A stretch of 64,000 nucleotides of DNA. It comes from Eledone cirrhosa (Eukaryota). Positions 16,905 to 30,359 of the stretch are shown piece after piece. Positions within the stretch are counted from its first letter, which is position 1, and every line of letters begins with the position of its first letter. The position numbers and the translations under genes were made by a program. The notes beneath the pieces were generated by a model. The model ran no database searches and had not been told where the DNA came from. It saw only the letters and a program-made list of their open reading frames with translations. The stretch is from NCBI GenBank assembly GCA_964016885.1, contig OZ024741.1:182094001-182158000 (forward strand). The letters run 5' to 3'.

Positions 16905-18495
16905 GATGAGGGCTGATCTTCGTTCCAGATTTGAACTGATGTCTCGGGGTGTTGTAATGCTTTGTTTGTTTCGACTGCATATTTGGATAACCAGGGAACC
17001 AAGTTAAAAGATTGAGCAAGCATTTGTTTAAGGCTCCTTTTACCACCCTCTCCCTGTGTAAGTAAAGCAGACATATGTATATAAAGACCTGCTCTGTCAC
17101 CATCGGTGGACACAAACAGCACAAATTGTTAATATTTTGTGAAGAATAACGATCTCCTGATGGTTGCCACTGTGTCAAGCTCCAGCTAATGATTTCTTGT
17201 AACACCCTTCACTTATCCACGTCGCATTTGCTCTCACCATGATAACTACCATGAAAATCAATGTGTTTTTCACACAGGTTGGCGTACTTTTGACATCAAC
17301 TTCTCCCTTCGTCAGGTTGCAGAGTAGGTTCGTGAAAAGAACCAGGAACTATTTATGGTTTTCGTCGACTTAACCAAAGTTTTTAAACTGTCAATCTTAA
17401 ACTCTCTGGAAAATCCTCAAAGAGTTTGCATACCTGACAATATGCTGAATGTCATCAATGTTATTTCATGAGGGAATGAAGCATCATTTATATCAAATGG
17501 CGAATGCCTTGAACAGTTTTCACAAACGGTACGAATCAGAATTGTCATGGTTTCTGTTCTATTTGCTTTGTTCTTCCCTGTAATGCTCCAGGATTCACTT
17601 GGCGACTTAGACACCGGTGTCAGATTTGCTATCCGTACATCAGGTGGGCTAGTCAAGTATTAGCACTTTAAGGATAAAACACTTACACGAACAAGTGTTA
17701 TTTGTGATTTATAATTTGTTGATGCTGCTGCACTTGTTGCAACATATCTGAAAGAGGTACAAGTATTGATAAAACGCTTGTTAAGCAAGGACAGCCGGGA
17801 CAGGATGGACTCCTCTGCATATCTGGATGATGAGATCGCCAATCGCGTCTCCAAAGTAACCGACGTTTTTGGCAAATTACATCATCATCTATGGAGTGTC
17901 AGAGGTATATCCCCTAAAACGAAAGTTACAGTTTATCGTGCAGTGGTTCTGACAACCCTTCTACACGACTTGGAGTCATGGACATTTTACGCCATCCACA
18001 TTTATAAGCTTGATGTCTTTCATAACCATTGCCTTCGCTGTCTGTGGTTACATGCTTTCTGAGAGTCTATAATGCCGATCTTTCACGACGTGCAACATCG
18101 GTGGGATTGAGTTACTTTTGATGTAATCCCATCTCCGATGGGCTGGTCATGTTCTATGAGGACCGCACACCTAAGATTCTGTAATACATACTTCGTAGAA
18201 ACTTCATAATGGTGCACGTAATGTAGGCGGATCATTACTCAGATATAAAGACAAGAAGTACAAGCTGAAATCTGTGAACAAACCTCTTCCTTCTTTTGAA
18301 GCCCTAGATGTTGACTGGAAAATTGGAGAACTTTGTGTGTCATGGCAGTGTCCATATTCTAGATCTAAGATCTAACACAAAAATTTGATCAAACCGCCAT
18401 CCTGTTCCGCTTTAAATCGTGTCATTTGCACAAAATGCGGCTTAATGTGTAAATTAGCAGCTGGACTGAAGTGCCATTTAAAGCATATTAACTGA
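16905..18495 (+). mobile_element. RTE/BovB-like LINE, reverse transcriptase and C-terminus, degenerate
   Basis: FVDLTKVF, LDDEIANRVSK..FGKL..LW..RGIS.KTKVTVYRAVVLTTLL...ESW, terminal CTKCG..C...GLKCHLKH; many stops and frameshifts. Confidence 0.85.
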
Positions 18496-18566
18496 AAACT
18501 CTGTTGACTCCTTATACCTCAAAATACGACAAAAGAGGTCCTCATACACACACACACATACACATA

Positions 18567-18598
<32 letters not shown>

Positions 18599-18600
<2 letters not shown>

Positions 18601-18773
18601 TCGTTTTTCCCGGCGCCGAAGTCGCTTCGTCCTCGAGGACGCACCCTAATTTTGACAACAAAAATTGGAAGAAAAAAAATGATAAACAACCTTCGGCGTC
18701 CAGGGCGCATGGTAGATTTTTGAGACTTATTTTAGAAAAAAAAGTAGCGTCTTCGACACCGGGAAATACGGTA
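18599..18773. mobile_element. Tc1/mariner-superfamily (Tc2/pogo-like) MITE
   Basis: Imperfect TIRs tcgtttttcccggcgccgaagtcgct / agcgtcttcgacaccgggaaatacgg with TA flanks. Confidence 0.65.
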
Positions 18774-19709
18774 TGTATATTTAATATAGAAATCACTACT
18801 ACAGGACTAGAACTACTTAATTCGAAAGAAGTCATCAGGAAAGCTGACCGCCAATATGATATGGTGGTATTGATACATTTTCTGGTGGTTGGGGAAGGTG
18901 GTGATTGGATTGGGTGGAGGTCATTGGCTGATGGATTTAAAGAATGGGGATTCGTTGAAAAAACTAAAGAAAAATTCATAGCGATACAAAATGACACAAA
19001 TGCAGGCACTCCTAATTTTCAAGATTCATTTATTCAAAGCAAACAAAGGGTTGTATTAACATGCTCTGTTAAAGTCTGCAAAATGTTTACAATCACATAC
19101 ACACACCCACATACCCACATTTTACCTATAGCAGTTATATAACTGTATACGATCAGACCTCAACATATATTTATATGGTACGTGCGTTTGTGTGTGTGTA
19201 TGTTTATGTATGTGCGTGTGTGTGTATATATATATACACGTGTTGGTCTGTGAATTCTTTATGTATTTTATGTGGATATGTGTTCACACGTTTGTGTGTT
19301 TGAGTGAGTTTATACGGTTATTAATCTGTGTTGTCGGTTTGTATTATTGCTTCTCTGTGTGTGTTGGGTGGGGTTGGGTGGGAGTATTTATGTATCATTG
19401 ATGGATGTGGGCGTATGTGTATATGTGTGTGTATGTGAAGTTTGTACGTAGTTTATTGTGTACTTGTTAATGTATAAGTGTGTGTGTGTATACACGTGTG
19501 CGTCTGACATTTTTATGTATTTTTTGTGTGCGTGTGTATACACGTATCCACCTGTATGTACACGCTAATGTGTTTGGGCGAATTTATGCAGTTATTAGTC
19601 TGTTTGTGTGAATGTATTTATGTGTGTGTGTGCATAAGCTTGTGTAGCTGTTTGTATTGGTTTTTTTTTTTTTATACAGGTCTTATGAGATTCAGCAGTA
19701 AGCAGGAAA

Positions 19710-20056
19710 ATAATTGTTTCTACTTTTGGCACAAGGCCATCAATTATCCCAGTACATTACTGGTACTTTATTTTATCAACCCCCGTAAGGATGAAAAGTA
19801 AAGTTGACCTCGGCGGGATTTGAACTCAGACCGCAAAGCATGGCGTCCGACCCTCTACCGATACTGCCAATAAAATAATTGTTTCTATTTTTGGCACAAG
19901 GCCAGCAATTAACCAGTGTATTACTGGTACTTTATTTTATCGACCCCATAAGGATGAAAGGCAAAGTTAACCTCGGCAGGATTTGAACTCAGAATGGAAA
20001 GGGCCGTAAGTCTTTGCGTCAAAGCATGGCGTCCGATCCTCTACCTATACTACCAA
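19710..20056 (-). mobile_element. Two tandem SINE family 1 copies
   Basis: Copies at about 19710-19870 and 19876-20056. Confidence 0.85.
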
Positions 20057-20599
20057 ATGATGCGTAGTGGTCAAAGCTGGGCTCTTTCAGGAAGTGGCCA
20101 AAGGAGGAGTGGCTGAGTATGGCGCATATAGTGAAACATTAAACGCTTAGAAAAATAAGAAGTATATACAAATCACATTATACGAGAAAAATAATAATCT
20201 TAAAGATGCGCCTAATGTGTTCTTTAATACACCTATATATAAATTTGAGCGACTTCCGACCGTCCGTCTCACAGTGTGTGCGTGTGGGCGTGTGTGTATG
20301 TGTGCTTGTGTGAATGTGTGTGTGTGTAAAAACAAAGAGGGGGATGGTGAAAAGACTATAGGAAAATAGCGGCTGGCATTCCATTTGCTACGCTGTGTGT
20401 AAGTGTATATGTGTATTTGTGTAAATGTATGTATGTGTGTGTGTATTTTTGTAAGTGTCTGTCTGTGTCTGCGTGTTTATATTTATATACTCATACATAT
20501 AAATGTATGCATATGCACATACAGACACGCACACACATAGACGCATACGCGTCAGCGTGTTGAAAATAACCCTAGTACCTGAAAATTTACATTGAACAA

Positions 20600-21420
20600 T
20601 AAAAATATATTTGTTTGTACAAAATGAATTATAATTTTGTCCTGACCGTTTTCAGCTATCGTAAACTTTTCAGGGTAGAATTATCAAAATTACATTTGTG
20701 CTAGTATTGTTTACTTTTTAACACGTCTCATTATCTTCCGCGCGCGTCCTTTCTATGACTAGGGACACGACTGGATATAACCTTGCTGTCACTTAGATTG
20801 TCTAATTGTAGGGAGGCAACTCTGGCTTATATGAACTGGTTTAAGTGCCGTTTGTTAGTTGGAGCATAACGACTTTCATTTTGGTTTCTATTTGGTTATA
20901 AAATACATTTCTTTACTGATATATTGCTGCTCCATTGCTAAATCACTACATCGATAGAATGGGAAAACTTCAAAATTTGACAATGTCCTCCACCACTTTG
21001 AGTTTTCTGGCGTATGGTTCTTTAATTTGCTGACGACGCATTGATATTCTATGTCGGAGTGTCATACGTGTTTCGCCAATATAGTGTCCATAGCAACCTT
21101 TACAGGCTATAATATACATATTAAATTTCATGAGTGATACGAAAAGTTGTCGATAATTTTGAAAATTCGTGCTTCTTTGTACTGAAATCCAGAAATAGCT
21201 CTAAACTTCGCAGTTTGTATTCGTTGACGTTTTCTAAATGAATGATCCTTAATTGCATTCGTCAATAGTTCTTTAGTGATTTTGACTGTCTTTCATTTTT
21301 TATAATGGGATATATTTTTAGATGTTTTTCATGTTTTGCTCCTTAACAGACTGGATTAAATTTCAAAATATATAGTATAACACTTTTCCTTTTTTCATTT
21401 TGTTTCTCGCACTTGCTTCG
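20600..21420 (-). mobile_element. Penelope-like element 3' part with GIY-YIG endonuclease remnant
   Basis: Minus strand at about 21123-20980 translates NMYIIACKGCYGHYIGETRMTLRHRIS (GIY-YIG with CxxC); degenerate hammerhead-like motif near 20640-20680. Confidence 0.75.
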
Positions 21421-21446
21421 TTTAATTTGGCCTGCTATTTGTAAGA

Positions 21447-21660
21447 TGGATTGGTAGTATCGGTAGAGAGTCGGACACCATGCTTTGTAGCATAGAGTTA
21501 CGGCCCTTTATGATCTGAGTTCAAATCCCGCCGAGGTTAACTTTGCCGTTCATCCTTACGAGATCGATAAAATAATGTACCAGTAATGTACTGGGGTCGA
21601 TTAAATCGACTTTCCCCTCCCCCAAAATGGCTGGCCTTGTGCCTATATATGAAACCATTA
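21447..21660 (+). mobile_element. SINE family 1 (long 3' variant)
   Basis: Same head, B-box and central domain. Confidence 0.85.
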
Positions 21661-23039
21661 TTAATTAAATTCAGAGGATATTCCCTCTTGGTGAATATTT
21701 CATCTCTTTTAGTTTGTTATCTTTAATTGTTGGATTTGAAACTATTATGCACATTCGCTTAGCTATGGAATGTTGATCCGGATATATTATACCATATATT
21801 TCAAACTTTATATATATATTGATAAGATGGTCGTAACTGGAATTTATTTTGATTTTAGGTCTGTTAAAGTAAGGCTCAACAACAATCCGCACAGTAAAAA
21901 AAGGGAGGAGTCAGGATTCGGGTATTAGCATGCTATCAAACTAGACAGGATTTCAATACTAGTGACCTATGCAATAACGGAAACAGTAAAAATATAAAAA
22001 CTGTGTTGTTTTTGTTATTTTGTCCTCAAACAGCCCCTATCAAGAATATGTCTAGCACAAAGCATTCCAGTTGTGATTATCTCTGTTTGTTCATCTCTTT
22101 TGTTTCAATGTGCCATGTTTTATCTTAAACTCAATGTTACTTTCCAGTTTAAAGATGGTAATACAAGGCTCTTGAAAAATATCCTAATGTAGACTCGTCT
22201 TTTCTTGCTGCTCGGGTATCTTACTCGATTTTCTCAACTATTATTTATAGTGATTTAATATTATTATGGTAATTTGCCTAGGTACGCACGAATTTCAAAT
22301 TTCAAAATTTTCTGATGATTCTTACGTCAACAGCTTTGATTACACTTCTAGCCACATCTTCTATATATGTACTTGTAGGATAGTTATTAAGGGTATGCAT
22401 ATAATCATTGTAATACAGGAAGTAAAATCTAGCCTGACAAAACCTGCAGCTATGATTTTATTCTTCGTTGTGGTTATTTTCAAATTACCAGCTTCACTCC
22501 TAATTATCTTTGGAAGAGGCACAAACGCTACAAGCCCTCTTTATTACATTTCCTCGGTATTCGTGATCATGGAATTTCAATTGTAATTGTTCGTGTAAAT
22601 AGTGCTTGTGTTACGGCTATAATGGTTCCTAATTTAGACACAAGGCAGGCAATTTGAGTGGAGTGGTAAGTCGATATAATCGATCCCAGAAATATGGAAA
22701 ACAAATTTGATCTAGACAGGATTTGAACCTAAAACGTGCAGAGCCGAAATAAATAACACACGAGTTTGTCCCATATTCTAACGTTTTCGCCGAGCCAATA
22801 AAACCCCTTCTCTGAAGTTCCCTAAAGTTCTATATATCGGGATCGAACATTAAGCTACGTTGTTGTTAAACAAACTTCTTAATCAGTTCGCCAAACCTAT
22901 ATTTTTCTTTTACTATTTTCCCCAGTGACAAGCAGCTATAGTCCTTATATCTTGACAAACTTATTTCTAGGATATAGCTACATAAATATTCGAAATAATT
23001 GATATAAGAATGACGACTGTAATGACGGCAATAATTAAA

Positions 23040-23330
23040 AAAGGGGGAACAAAAAGAAAGAAAGAAAGAATATGGAAATATATCGAAAAAGTAGAGAAAG
23101 AAAGAAGAAAAAGAGCGTGAAGGGGAGGAGATGGCAAGAGCTCTGGTGTCGCTGAAGAGAGGGGATAGGTGAAGGGGAAGGGTGATTGGGCTTTGGGCCT
23201 AGGGCAAGAGGGCAGAAGTGCTGCGCCCCGACGACAAAACGGCAAAAGAATTTCCTCGAACGATGGCCACTGACACCCGCTGCCACAGCCACCCAACCTC
23301 GATGTTCTGATTTTGCGGAGGAGCTGGAAC
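23040..23330 (-). mobile_element. CRE-like retrotransposon extreme 3' fragment
   Basis: EVGWLWQRVSVAIVRGNSFAVL matches the C-terminus of the 58-61 kb element (ELEWLFQRVSLAVL); pyrimidine-rich 3' UTR like the one at 26840-26880. Confidence 0.7.
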
Positions 23331-24542
23331 AAACACTAATATTACCATAAGGCGGTAAATAGGCATGGTCGTTAGAATAGCATGTGGTCTTCTTCGGTGC
23401 AGCCCTCTCCGCTCTCTGAGTTCAAATCCCATCGAGTTCAACTTTGCCTTTCAACATTTCGAGGTGGATAATGTACCACTCTAGTACTAGGATCGATTTT
23501 TCATCTATATCTCTTTCTCGTGTCCTCTCTATCACACACTTTCTCTCACTTTTCTCTGAAAATACATGGGCTCCATCAGGAGTTTCGGATCCAAGAATGA
23601 AGAGAATATTATCATTGCAAATTTTAAATTAATTAAGTAGTGCTGCTGCTTTTCTTTTCAAATCCTGATTAGATGAACCACCGTCAACTGCGTATGACAA
23701 TTATCATTATATCCGCAATAGTTAAAATACTATTCTGAGATACTTGGGCATACAATAGCAAATCTGCTCACCGTAATTAACAGCTATGAAAGACGTGCCT
23801 TTAGGTAATCAATACTTTGCTGACAGGAATGTGAACAGAAATACAAAACGAGTTTGCCACAGGGTAGAACGTCTGTTAAAGGATCACTCTGGTCACGAAA
23901 AGGGCAGTGTTTGGCACTCTCTATTCAAATGAGATGAATAGCATCATCTCTTCATGTGTGTGTGTGAATATGTCTTAGTGTAAGCGCGCGCGTAGGTATA
24001 CGTGCGTGTGTATACGTGCGCGTGTAGGTGTACGTGCGTGTGTGTATGTGCGCGTGTAGGTGTACGTGCGTGTGTGTATGTGTGCGTGTATGTGTACATG
24101 CTTGTGTGTATGTGCGCGTGTGTGTGTGCTATCCCTTTTTTGTAAGCATGTAAGATATGTGCGTGTGTATGCATGCATGCGTGTATGCATGCATGCATGT
24201 GTGCGTGTGCATGTGCGTGCATGTGTTTTATCCCTATGCTGTAAGCGTGTAAGATGCGAGTGTGTGTGTACGTGTTACAAGTGCGTCAGATGTGTGTGCG
24301 TATGTGTGTTTGTATGTTGACAGTGAAAATAGGACTCACGGGACCTTTTGATTTTAATTTTCATATTCTATTATAAATCAATTTACATACAGGATACACC
24401 TTAAGAATAGTAGTCTACCCGTATCAACAATAAATGCAAAATATATTTATTTTAGAGAATGGTACATCCGTTCAAAACGAAGATTGAAACCATTGATTAT
24501 CTTCTTACTTAAAGACTTACCTCTTTGTATTTATTAGTAAAA

Positions 24543-26165
24543 CTAGTAGAAAAACCACCCTTCGGGTCGTTTTCTGCTAGCCTGTGTAATGTGCATATTT
24601 ATATTATATGCAAATACACATTCATGTAGATATGAAATGTCAAACAAAATCGTAATTGACAATATGCACAGAAGTTGAAGAGAGACTGTGTTACACTCTC
24701 TTCTGTAATCAGTAAAGTAATCCAGGATACATTTAAAAAAAGACGATATTATATATATATATAACCAGCAATTTCTCTGTCTGTCTGTCCGACAGTGGAA
24801 ACACGTGCGTAGAGAGAGAGTGAGAGTGAAAGAAAGAGACAGACTACGAGAGGGGGATAGCGGGAGGGAGAAAGGAGAGAGAGAGAGAGTGAATAGATGC
24901 TAAAACACGTGCTACAGAAACATTACCTTCCCCTCTCCACTGACTTTGGCCACTGAGGCCGAGGGAATCGCGCTGAGCGCGTCATAATGACGTAATGCAG
25001 ACAGCCAGACATACAGACAGATATTACAAGGGCGCAACGTTATATCTATGTATCTATCTAAAAAGAAAGACTAAGAATTATATAGAGAGAATGCTAAATC
25101 GCCTAATGCGGTCCCTAGGGCATTGAAAATTTGAAATAATTTTTGCTCAAAGAGGACCATAAGTATTACATGTCTAAAGTTTGAAAACAATCGGTTGGAT
25201 GGTTCTCAAGTTTTAGTGAGCTGACAGACAGACATACATTCTCTGTTTTAGATATATAGACTAGCAGAAAACCGCCCACGGGTGGTTTTCTGCTCGTCTA
25301 TATATATAAAACTGAGGATGTCTGTCTGTGTGTGTGTGTGAGTTTGAATCCCTAAAACTAGAGAAGCACCCAACCGACTGTTTTCAAACTTTACACATGT
25401 AATACTTATGTTTCAGGGAGTGTTCTGAGCAAAAATATTTTCAAATTTTCAATGCCCTAGGGACCGCATCAGGCGTTTTAGCAATTTCTATATACATATA
25501 ACGTCGCGCCCTTATAATATCTGTCTGTATGTCTGGCTGTCTGCATTACGTCACTTCCTACAATTCGCTCTGCGTCCAGAACGCGCCCTTATAATATCTG
25601 TCTGTATGTCTGGCTGTCTGCTGCCTCCCGTTAATCTGCCACCCTTGCTCAAGACAAATCTCACACTCATTCTTCAAACAGTTGGTAAGTGCACACAACC
25701 TCTTCCTCACGTTTTAAGCCACAGTATTGCTTACTTACATACCACCAGATCCTTACTTCTTTGCCAGTCGTGGTTGTGGCAATACTAAGCTTAGCTAAGG
25801 CGGTTATATATTTCACAATACTTTAACTCGTGCAACCACGCGGGTACCACTGCTAGTTATATATAAACTGCATTACGGTGAAATGTAATGAAACCTTATA
25901 TAACAATGCAAATATACGGATGTTTACATAAGCAATGTAATAAGTGTTATGATATAACGGACGCTAACCAGAAGTGTAGACATTTGAAAATTTTAAAAGA
26001 AGTGAATCTTAAAATAAGCAATCATTATATATAAGAATATTTAGTAGATAAATTATGTAATATTCATTCATTATTTATTCAAAGTAATCTAACTTATTTT
26101 ACTAACGGGATTAAAAAATATATTCGGGTCGCAGTCCCGCACTCCTCCCTTTATTATAGTTATAT
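24543..26165 (-). mobile_element. Composite non-autonomous Helitron (host A with nested family H copies)
   Basis: 3' hairpin plus CTAG at 24543; segments 24543-24750 and 25858-26165 match 57049-56849 and 56027-55720 in reverse complement. Confidence 0.7.
25297..25856 (+). mobile_element. Non-autonomous Helitron family H
   Basis: 5' TCTATATATATAAAA; 3' cgtgcaaccacgcgggtaccactgCTAG followed by T. Confidence 0.75.
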
Positions 26166-26514
26166 AATACTAAACATTAATCTTAACGAAAAGGTCGAAG
26201 TCAATCATTTCTAAATCTGAAAGTGCAAGTCAACCGCTGAAAATGATGGTTCACAACGATATATAAGCACATAGACACTTCAGCTCCCCACCAAATTGAC
26301 ATGTTCTACTGTTTCTCTAAATAGTTAGGTCTACTGGCGATTATAGGTCCCATCAATTCACTGTTATCAACTATGGAAGGGCATCGTCGACATAACCGAG
26401 AATGTAAACTATATCATTGCCTAATACTTCCTTTCTTTAAATACTTTCATTGTGAAATATTTTCCTCCTTCCAATACTAACATTTAAACTGACGACGTTG
26501 AATATCTTTTAAAT

Positions 26515-26698
26515 ATTGTTTCTAGTTTTGGCACAAGGCCAGCAATTACCAGTGTATTACTGGTACTTTATTTTATCAACCCCATAAGGATGAAAGGCAA
26601 AGTTAACCTCGGCGGGATTTGAACTCAGAATGGCAAGGGCCGTAACTCTATACGTCAAAGCATGGCGTCCGACCCTCTACCGTTACTGCCAATCCACC
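26515..26698 (-). mobile_element. SINE family 1
   Basis: Reverse-complement match. Confidence 0.85.
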
Positions 26699-26749
26699 AA
26701 TAATGCGATACACCGGGAACTTTAGAAATGTACGACATTTAGTTGTTAG

Positions 26750-27290
26750 TTCATTTGTTGTAAAAAATGCAAGTATCTTTTGTAGTTATGAAAACGGAAA
26801 CGGAAGGGACAAGCAAGAGCTTTAAGGTCACAGAAGAATGGAAGGGGGAAGGGGGTATAGGGTCTAGACCTAGGGTGCAGTGGTGTTGGGGCTGCGCCCC
26901 GCGCACAGGACCGCAAAAGCATTCCCGAGGACAATGGCCAGCGACACCCACTGCAACAGCCACCCCCACCTCGTGGGGAGCCTGCCTCAGACGGGCTGCT
27001 GATGTTCCGATCTTGCGGAGTAACTCTGCAGTACGGGGTCTAAGTACGCCTGAGGTCTCGATAGCGACCGGTGCGAGGAGGATGCGGCCGGACAATCTCC
27101 GGTATTTATGTATCTTTCTTTCCTCCGCAAGGCGGGCCGCAGTACTGGGTCTTGTGGACGAAGCGACTAAGCTGGAGGAGGAGAACCTGTCACAACATGT
27201 GACGTCTCAGATGAGGGATCTACCTCCTTCGAATGGGAATAGGGTAATTCCATCGGGCGTTTGCCGTCTCCGCAGTTGAGGCCTACTGGC
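26750..27290 (-). mobile_element. CRE-like retrotransposon 3' fragment (restriction-like endonuclease)
   Basis: PDGITLFPFEGGRSLI*DVTC and APVAIETSGVL motifs homologous to the RLE at 60755-61250; GC-rich island. Confidence 0.8.
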
Positions 27291-28047
27291 TCCAGTTGTG
27301 ATGGGAAGCCAGCTGCGCCTAGGTCCCTTCTCAATATCTCGTCGAGAGCGGAAAGATATTGGGTGTAGGCCTAACTTGTCAACGACTGCCCCCGCACGGC
27401 ATTTAGTTATTGAAACCTCAATTCTTTGATTGAATTCCATGACTTTTCAATTGTATTATCCTTATTTATATGTTTTTAATTAAATAATGAAATGTTTTTA
27501 AAAAATAGATGCATTCGGAAATGAGACTTTTTTCATTCTCGATTATGTCTTGGATATTTTTCGTAGTTAAGGTTTATGACAGTAAATTGATGAGAGCCGT
27601 GTTCGTTGGTAGCACGAGACGGTTTCATGATAGGTATAAAAACTTAATAATATGTATAAAAACTATATTTACAAAGAAATATTGCAATATTATTCACAAA
27701 ACACTGCAAAATTTACATGTAATTATTATTATTGTACAAGTTATTTTATTACGATATTCAGAGTAAGTTCATATCTTGTTTATCAGTTAGAGCAAAATAA
27801 TGAATACCTCATCACGCCACTCACTTTTTTGTTTATCGCTTGATACCTTCCAGGTCCACGCTATCTCCTTACAATAACAGCAAACAGAAACACTAAACTC
27901 ATTATATATAGATTGACACGACCCATTACTTGACTGGTAATTTCATTTCATCGATTTGATTTCGATTTGATTTCGGCGATATTTGAACTCTGAACATAAA
28001 CGGCAATAACTGAATACCACAACACAACGGAGCTGACTTGTGATCAA

Positions 28048-28437
28048 TAATTGTTTCTACGTTAGGCACAAGGCCAGCAATTACCCAGTGTATTACTGGT
28101 ACTTTATTTTATCGACCCCGTAAGGATGAAAGGCAAAGTTAACCTCGGCGGGATTTGAACTCAGAATGGCAAGGGCTGTAACTCTATGCGTCAAAGCATG
28201 GCGTCCGACCCTCTACCAATACTGCCAATCCACCGCCTTTGTGATCAATAATTGTTTCTACTTTAGGCACAAGGCCAGCAATTATCCAGTGCATTACTGG
28301 TACTTTATTTTATCGACCCCGTAAGGATGAAAGGCAAAGTCAACCTCGGCGGGATTTGAACTCAGATCGTAAAGGGACGTAACTATGCTCGAAAGCATGG
28401 CGTCCGACCCTCTACTGATACTGCCAATCCACCACCC
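28048..28437 (-). mobile_element. Two tandem SINE family 1 copies sharing a triplicated target site
   Basis: ttgtgatcaataat occurs at 28038, 28239 and 28438. Confidence 0.9.
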
Positions 28438-29519
28438 TTGTGATCAATAATGTCCTTGATATAGTCTTAGAAAAAAGATAGAAAGTTCCCCTCCAAGCAC
28501 AAGCCCATGCAAAGGGTTTTTTGTGAAAAACTCGCACATGCATACCAGACTCCCTTTTCCACCCCTTTGATGTCGTCCAAAGGTAAAGCAAAGGCTGATT
28601 TCAGCTTGGCACCAGTGACGTCACAATTCATTTCTACAGCTGTGGGAACTGGAGCAGCATGAAATAAAATGTCTTGCTCAAGGACACAACGTTTCCCCAA
28701 TCCGAGACCTTTCTAACCAGTTAATCACGCGCCTTCATAGTCTACCTAAGACTACTTTAACCCTTTAGCATTTAGATTACTCTATATTTACTATTGTATT
28801 TTCACAGTAAAGGCTTCCCACATAAGATCGAATCTATGAGATTTTTACATTATTTATTTTGAGAACAATACCTTAACATAAGCATGAGTAGCCAGTTAGA
28901 GCCGGTTTGAAAAGAAAGAGGTGAGAGAATTATGGCCAGATATGGCCGGTTTAAATGATGAAGGGTTATTCACTGTGTCCTTCCATTTTAGGACGTTGTT
29001 ATTTGAACGACATTTAGTTGCTTTTTTTCTAGTCGGTCGAGCAACAATGTAATGGCTCCTTTGTTGACACATATATAAAGTGTGGTGTTGTTAAGCCTAA
29101 TGTCAGAAATGATCGAGAAAACCAATGATCAAAGTTACTTCTGCTATGACCACCCCGTCTATTTCCAATTTGTATGGACCCCAGGACCACATGTGTTCAA
29201 TGTGTCATTTTTAAAACAGTAAATTGTGAAATCTGTACATGGAGGACTCGAGTTATGGGAGGCGATCTGAATGGCGGAGGACAGGACTGTTAGGCGGAAA
29301 TTACATAAGGCAATCATAATAATAGACCCTTGCAAGTCTATGATTATGATGACGATGGGGATGATGTTATGAGATAAGAGAAATGTCACTGCCTAGAGGC
29401 TCTTTAGTTCGCTTGTCTGTAAAGTTGCCGTGGCTGTTGTTTAGCTCATCTAACTGACATGTATGTGACAAAAGCATTCCAGCTGTGACCAGCCCCTCTG
29501 ACTCACGGCTATGTTGTCT

Positions 29520-29725
29520 CCTTACTCTCCCTCTTCTACCATTACAGTGGAAACTTCTGGTGTCCTTGGTCGTAGGGCTACCTCCCTGCTCACCAGCATC
29601 GGCACAGGGTTGGCTACCTGCAGGTGTGTACCTCGCGAGCTGGAATGGCTCTCCTAGCGCGTTTCCCTCACCATCCTGCGGGAAAATACCTCATCTATTC
29701 TGTCCACTGGGGTCGTGGGGCGGCC
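29520..29725 (+). mobile_element. CRE-like retrotransposon 3' fragment (same family as the 58-61 kb element)
   Basis: cagtggaaacttctggtgtccttgg...cgcgagctggaatggctc aligns at DNA level to 61107-61270. Confidence 0.8.
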
Positions 29726-30359
29726 AGTGCGTGAGCCAATTGCTCATAATAGTGAGAGATGGGGAGAGCGGGAGAGACGGAGGCAGTGACAGTGGGAGTT
29801 TGTTTCGTATGTGTTCAGACCTGGTGTATATATGTGTATATAAGAGAGAATGAGTCTTTTCCAATTCGATCTGTATTCAATTGTCTATACCAGCAGTTCC
29901 CAGTTTAAATGATGATAAAAACAATATTTATATATACATTCCAGTACTTGTCCATACCCTCAATGAAGATGATCACTGCTCCTTGGAGCTTGTTGAGTTC
30001 ATGCCATCTCCACTCAAGCATTCCCGACTCACTCATCGCAACCCCTCTCATCGCCCGAGCTATGTCTACACCCATATACATCCTACAAAAGCCACTATGT
30101 TCAGTACCCCCCCTGAGCAGAATACCGGCCCTTTAGAACTTACCCCTTGCTCATGTCTTTATCAAAGAAGTGAACCTGCAAAAACGACATCAGTTAAATA
30201 TGTACAGGCAATCTAGTACCACATTACGCGGATGTCTTATTTCAAAACATTAAGGATAGGATTTTAGGAAGTGTTGGCTGTTATTTCTAGCAGGTCCAGC
30301 CAGCTACAACGTAAATGTTCCTTCGTTAGCTAGTAGATGAAGAGGCCGATGTGTATTTT

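Noticed and set aside
18504-19142. 212-aa ORF
   Set aside because: Runs across a microsatellite, a MITE and a family E remnant
27509-27766. FVGSTRRFHDR resembling a GIY-YIG motif
   Set aside because: Too short and lacks the upstream motif; not supportable by eye
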